This document shows, in pieces, positions 57,149 through 64,000 of a stretch of 64,000 nucleotides of DNA (position 1 is its first letter; the number at the start of each line of letters is the position of its first letter). The stretch is from positions 160,001 to 224,000 of the forward strand of contig JBFXKG010000002.1 of assembly GCA_050174015.1 (NCBI GenBank), read 5' to 3'. This stretch comes from Candidatus Krumholzibacteriia bacterium. GTDB lineage: Bacteria; Krumholzibacteriota; Krumholzibacteriia; LZORAL124-64-63. Under the pieces are notes generated by a model, which ran no database searches, was not told the origin of the DNA, and was given only the letters and a program-made list of their open reading frames with translations. A program made the position numbers and the translations under genes.

Positions 57149-57555
57149 GGAACGGCCTCCTGGTCATGGTCCTGGGCCGAAAGATAGCATATGGCCGGGA
57201 CCATCCCAAGGACCAAGGGGCGGGACCGTGGATTCGGACGGAGGTGCGCCTTCTGCCACCTGCGGAGGGGATCGGGAGACGAGATAGGATCAGTAATTGT
57301 TATCATTTTGTCATAAATATTGTCATTTACACCATTCCGCTTTTGGTCGATAATGATGCAAGGGATGATCAGCCGCCCTGATAGGTGCAGGCGTCATCCC
57401 ATGCCGGACCGCTCTCGCCCAACTACCCCCTGGGTCAGGTCCGGACCTTGCGATGGGGCGGGTCCTTCATGACCCGCCCCATCCCCGGCAGGGGAATTTC
57501 CATTCGAGCCCCTCCACGCCGACCCGGTCCAGGATCCGGGGATCCGCAAGCCTTG

Positions 57556-59712
<2,157 letters not shown>

Positions 59713-59755
59713 GGATCCTCCGTGATCAGGGGGGCGGGGAAGGCGATCGTCGGGC

Positions 59756-61153
59756 CTACTGGTACTCCATCCCCAGGAAGATGATGCTGAAGATGATGGC
59801 GCCGACGGCGAGGGGCGCGGCGAATCGGATCAGGACCCGCCAGCCGGCGAACCAGGCGTGGGCGTCGGGGTGTCCCTGGCGGACCTCGTCCCAGGTGTCG
59901 GACCGGGTCATGATCCAACCCGAGAAGACGGCGATGAGCAGGCCGCCGATCGGCAACAGCCAGTTGGCGGCCAGGTAGTCCAGGCTCCAGATCAGACCCT
60001 GGCTGGCATCCTTGCCGAAGAGGTTCAGGTCGGTCACGGGCCGCCACCCGCCCATGGCCAGGGCATTCAGGACCCCGAACACGGTGACTCCGGCTCCCAT
60101 GGTCAAGGTGGCCCGGCGCCGGTCCCAGCGCAACTCGTCGATGGAGTAGCTGCTGATGACCTCCATGAGGGAAATCGTGCTGGTCAGGGCCGCGAAGGCG
60201 ACGAGGACGTAGAAGAAGGTGGCGATGATCGCCCCGCCCGGCATCTGGTAGAACACCGTCGGCAGCGTGGTGAACAGGATGCCGGCGCTGGCGGTGACCT
60301 CGAAGTCGTAGCTGAAGATGATGGAGAACATGATGACGCTGGCCAGGACGCCGACCAGGGTGTCCAGCAGGCAGATCTGCAGGGCGGAGCGGGGGATGGA
60401 GTGTTCCTTGCCCATGTAGCTGCCGTAAGTGAGAATGGCGCCCATGCCCAGGCTGAGGGAGAAGAAGGCCTGCCCGAGGGCCTCGAGGATCGAGCGGCTG
60501 CTCAGCCTGCTGAAGTCGGGATCGAAGAGGAAGTCCATGGTCCGTCCGAAGCCGGGCGTGGTGGTGGCGTAGACGGTCAGGGCGATCAGGATAAGGAAGA
60601 GGGCGGGCATCAGGACGACGGCCACGCGTTCGATCCCCCCCTTGACCCCGAAGTAGACCGCCCCGATGGTCAATGCCATGAACAGGGCCAGACCGGTGAC
60701 CTGGGCGGGGCCGTCCGCCAGGTAGCTGCCGAAGTAGGCCTGGAGGGCGCCGGGATCCTGGGCGAGATCGCCGAGGGATCCGCTCAGACCCATCTGGATG
60801 TAGCGGAGGGTCCAGCCGGCGACGACGGCGTAATAGGACAGGATGACGAAACCGGCGGCCACCCCCAGGAAACCCAGGGCCTGCCAGGCCCTGCCTCCTG
60901 GCCGGCCTTCCCCCAGGACCCTGAACGTTCCCACGGGATTCAGCTGACCCCGCCGGCCCAGGATGATCTCGGCCATCATGATGGGCAATCCCACCAGGGC
61001 CACCGCCCCGAAGTAGACCAGGACGAAGGCCCCGCCCTGGTTCTCGTAGGTGATGTAGGGGAACTTCCAGAGGTTGCCGAGACCGACGGCGCTCCCGGCT
61101 GCGGCCAGGATGAAACCGAGTCTGCCGCTCCACTGTCCACGGGGTTGGGCCAC
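59756..61153 (-). CDS. Sodium-dependent transporter, NSS/SNF family
   Basis: GSAVGLGNLWKFPY, GGAF, GQAFFSLSLGMG and AALTS.IS. Confidence 0.93.
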   Translation of the reverse strand: MAQPRGQWSGRLGFILAAAGSAVGLGNLWKFPYITYENQGGAFVLVYFGAVALVGLPIMMAEIILGRRGQLNPVGTFRVLGEGRPGGRAWQALGFLGVAAGFVILSYYAVVAGWTLRYIQMGLSGSLGDLAQDPGALQAYFGSYLADGPAQVTGLALFMALTIGAVYFGVKGGIERVAVVLMPALFLILIALTVYATTTPGFGRTMDFLFDPDFSRLSSRSILEALGQAFFSLSLGMGAILTYGSYMGKEHSIPRSALQICLLDTLVGVLASVIMFSIIFSYDFEVTASAGILFTTLPTVFYQMPGGAIIATFFYVLVAFAALTSTISLMEVISSYSIDELRWDRRRATLTMGAGVTVFGVLNALAMGGWRPVTDLNLFGKDASQGLIWSLDYLAANWLLPIGGLLIAVFSGWIMTRSDTWDEVRQGHPDAHAWFAGWRVLIRFAAPLAVGAIIFSIIFLGMEYQ

Positions 61154-61382
61154 GGGATGCTCCTTAGGCGGGTTGGGACCTCGGCCGGTTCATCCGGCCC
61201 GCGGATGTGCGGCGGGCGGATGCACCCGGCTCAGGGAAGGGGGAGATTAGCGGCGGCGGCGGGGCGGTGTCAAGCGGCCGCGGCGCATCCTTCGGGCGCC
61301 GCCGGCAGGCCTTGCCAGCCCGGCGGGGCCTGCCCTATAGTGGTTCCGCCCCCGATCGCAGTTTTCGTCGAAAGGAATTCCC

Positions 61383-61925
61383 ATGGCCGGCATCCTCGAC
61401 CGCATGATCCGGGCCGCAAGGCTGGACGCCTCCCTCTACGAGGAAGTTGAGAACGACGAGAGCACCCTGCCCCAGGCTCTCGGCGTGGTGGTCCTCTCCT
61501 CCGTCGCCGCAGGCATCGGCAGCTCCGGGGTGGCCGGTCCGGTCGGCCTGGTCGGCGGCGCCCTGGCCGCCCTGGTGGGCTGGGTCCTCATGGCCTTCCT
61601 GGCCCATTACATCGGCACCACCATCCTGGCCGAACCCCAGACCCGGTGCTCCATCGGCCAGGTATTGCGGACCACCGGATTCGCCTCGGCCCCCGGGGTC
61701 ATCCGCGTCCTGGCCTTCATCCCCGTGCTGGGCACGCTGATCAACCTGGTGGTGGGGGTCTGGATGATCGCCACCTTCACCGTCGCGGTGCGGCAGGCCC
61801 TCGACTACTCCGGCCTGGGACGCGCGCTGGTCGTGGTCATCCTGTGCTTCGTGGCCTACCTGATCCTGATGGGCCTGCTGGCCCTGATGGGGATGGGCGG
61901 CCTGTTCCTGGTGGCGGCCCGTTGA
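61383..61925 (+). CDS. YIP1-like membrane protein
   Basis: RAARLD..LYEEVE, about 5 TM helices, GFASAPG and AVRQALD. Confidence 0.8.
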   Translation: MAGILDRMIRAARLDASLYEEVENDESTLPQALGVVVLSSVAAGIGSSGVAGPVGLVGGALAALVGWVLMAFLAHYIGTTILAEPQTRCSIGQVLRTTGFASAPGVIRVLAFIPVLGTLINLVVGVWMIATFTVAVRQALDYSGLGRALVVVILCFVAYLILMGLLALMGMGGLFLVAAR

Positions 61926-61951
61926 GGGTCCTCGATCCCGGAGGTGCATCC

Positions 61952-63208
61952 GTGCTCCGTCGCTCTTTCCTCCTGTCCGTCCTGCTGGCCCTGGCGGCCG
62001 GGGCCCACGCCCAGGATGCCGTCTATCGCCCCAGGAACGAGTACCCGGTCCTGGACGAGATGACCGCCGCCCGCAAGGCCGGCCAGGCGGTCTTGGATTC
62101 CCTCCGGGCGGCGGTGGACGCCCGTTATGCCGCCGAGGCCGAGGCGCGCAAGGACGCCGCCCGCGACCTGCGCATCGACTGGTCGGGGATCGAGGCGCCG
62201 CGCGTCCCCGCCGAATTCGCCACCCTCTGGCACAATCCCCCGGTCCCGCAGTACTACACGGGGACGTGCTGGGCCTTCGGTTCGGTATCCCTGCTCGAGA
62301 GCGAGGCCAGACGGCTGGGCGGCGTCGAGGTGAAGCTGTCGGAGATGTGGATCGTCTACTGGGAGTACGTGGAGAAGGCCCGCAGCCACCTGCAGGAATT
62401 CGGGCACACGCCCGTCGAGGAGGGAGGCCAGGACCACGGCACCCTGGAGATCGCCGCGAAGTACGGGGTGGTCACCCACGAAGCGTATCCCGGGGTCGTG
62501 GCGGCCGACGGGCGGCACGACCATCGCGATCTCATCGCCGAGCTGAAGGGCTACCTGGAGTTCGCCCTGGAGGTCGGGATCACCGACCTGGACCGCAACC
62601 TCCAGGTCGTGCGGGGCATCCTGGACGCCCACCTGGGACCCGTCCCCGCGAAGGTCGTCTGGCAGGGGACCGAATACGCTCCGGTGGCGTTCCTGCAGGA
62701 CGTCCTGAAGATCGATCCGGCGGCCTACGTGTCCTGCGTCTCGAGGATGGACACCCCCTTCGGGGAGCGGGTGCTGCTGGACGTCCAGGACAACTGGCGC
62801 CGGAAGGACGACTACCTGAACCTGCCGCTGGACGATTTCTCCAGGGTCATCAAGGACGCCCTGAAGAACGGCTTCACCGTGGCCATCGGCGGGGACAACA
62901 GCGAGCCGGGCATGGACGGCCTGTATGACAAGGCCGTCATCCCCGAATGGGACATCCCCTCGCAGTTCATCGACCAGGCCAGCCGGGAGTTCCGCATCGT
63001 GAACCGGACCACCGGCGACGATCACGGGGTCCACCTCGTGGGGTTCAAGCGGCTGGGCGGCCGGGACTGGTACCTGGTGAAGGATTCCAACCGCAGCAGC
63101 CGCCTCGGCGAGCACAAGGGCTACTACTTCTGGGACGGGGACTACATCAAGCTGAAGATGCTGAGCTTCACCGTCCACCGCGACGCCCTCGGCAAGCTGT
63201 TGCGCTGA
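61952..63208 (+). CDS. Secreted C1-family (papain/PepC-like) cysteine peptidase
   Basis: Signal peptide; Q..TGTCWAF (Cys), TGDDHGVHLVG (His) and YLVKDS. GTG start at 61952. Confidence 0.85.
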   Translation: MLRRSFLLSVLLALAAGAHAQDAVYRPRNEYPVLDEMTAARKAGQAVLDSLRAAVDARYAAEAEARKDAARDLRIDWSGIEAPRVPAEFATLWHNPPVPQYYTGTCWAFGSVSLLESEARRLGGVEVKLSEMWIVYWEYVEKARSHLQEFGHTPVEEGGQDHGTLEIAAKYGVVTHEAYPGVVAADGRHDHRDLIAELKGYLEFALEVGITDLDRNLQVVRGILDAHLGPVPAKVVWQGTEYAPVAFLQDVLKIDPAAYVSCVSRMDTPFGERVLLDVQDNWRRKDDYLNLPLDDFSRVIKDALKNGFTVAIGGDNSEPGMDGLYDKAVIPEWDIPSQFIDQASREFRIVNRTTGDDHGVHLVGFKRLGGRDWYLVKDSNRSSRLGEHKGYYFWDGDYIKLKMLSFTVHRDALGKLLR

Positions 63209-63291
63209 CCCGCCGGGTCGGGAACATTCGAAGGGGACCGGGCGTATCAATCTCCTGGTCCCTTTTTCACCTCGATTCCCGGGAGGGTCCG

Positions 63292-63990
63292 ATGTCCGGC
63301 AAGATCCGCGTGGTCTGGCAACGCTTCTCGCGCAGCTGGCTGTTCAGCATGGCCCTCATGGGGCTGGCGGTCTTCTCCTTCCGCTCGGCGGTCGCCGACT
63401 GGAACGACGTGCCCACCGGCTCGATGCAGCCGACCATCCTCATCGGCGACAGGATCACGGTGAACAAGCTGGCCTACGACCTGCACGTCCCCTTCACGAA
63501 GTTTTCCCTGCTTTCCTGGGACGATCCCGGCCGCGGCGACATCGTCACCTGCTGGTCGCCCGCCGACGGGGCCCGCCTGGTGAAACGGGTGGTCGGGCTG
63601 CCCGGCGACACCATCGCCATGCAGGGCGGGCGGCTGATCATCAACGGCCGGCCGGTCGCCTACCGCAGGATCGACCCGCCCGCCGCCGCGGCCGCCATGG
63701 GGGAGGAAGCGGCGGGCAAGATCTTCCTCGAGGAGGACCTGCCGGGCTGCAGCCACGTGGTGGCTTGGCAGGAGAGCGGAGGGTCAGCCCGCGACTTCGG
63801 CCCCGTGACCGTGCCGGCGGACAGCTACCTCATGCTCGGGGACAACCGGGACTTCAGCGCGGATTCCCGCTACTTCGGCTTCGTGCCGCGGCGGGACGTC
63901 TGCGGCAAGGCGTTCGGGGTGGCGTTCTCCCTGGATCGCGGGAACCACTGGGCGCCGCGGTGGTGGCGCGTGGCCGAGCGCCTGATCTGA
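63292..63990 (+). CDS. lepB: Signal peptidase I
   Basis: VPTGSMQPT (Ser), GDRI.VNK, LVKRVVGLPGD (Lys) and GDNRD.S.DSR.FGFVP. Confidence 0.93.
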   Translation: MSGKIRVVWQRFSRSWLFSMALMGLAVFSFRSAVADWNDVPTGSMQPTILIGDRITVNKLAYDLHVPFTKFSLLSWDDPGRGDIVTCWSPADGARLVKRVVGLPGDTIAMQGGRLIINGRPVAYRRIDPPAAAAAMGEEAAGKIFLEEDLPGCSHVVAWQESGGSARDFGPVTVPADSYLMLGDNRDFSADSRYFGFVPRRDVCGKAFGVAFSLDRGNHWAPRWWRVAERLI

Positions 63991-64000
63991 GTCACCGCAC

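Overview
High-GC bacterial chromosomal window, densely coding (about 52 CDS). No rRNA, tRNA, CRISPR array or mobile element was recognised. A secreted protein with a C-terminal FlgD-type Ig domain, the futalosine-pathway gene mqnD, thyX and a class II ribonucleotide reductase suggest an FCB-affiliated lineage such as Krumholzibacteriota, Latescibacterota or Eisenbacteria (inference). Contents: a liuBCD-like biotin carboxylase cluster; nrdJ with tandem NrdR-like boxes; a fapA/DUF342 gene with a sigma28-like promoter; many transporters; a roughly 10.6 kb tightly coupled cell-envelope operon (TPR, GT9, GT4, small ORF, namZ, fused murU-amgK, O-antigen ligase, malQ, MFS); a trypsin-like lipoprotein protease followed by a stand-alone copy of its N-terminal domain; and hutU, thyX, tex and lepB. 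The most notable signal is two genes with an in-frame TGA at a redox-Cys-like position, each followed by a SECIS-like hairpin. One is an unrecognised small protein ending ...[14 protein letters not shown] (39466-39804, a C-terminal UxxC inside the envelope operon). The other is an ArsC/Spx-like protein (53793-54140, minus strand) absent from the ORF track. Both are candidate selenoproteins. All calls come from reading motifs by eye; no database searches were run.
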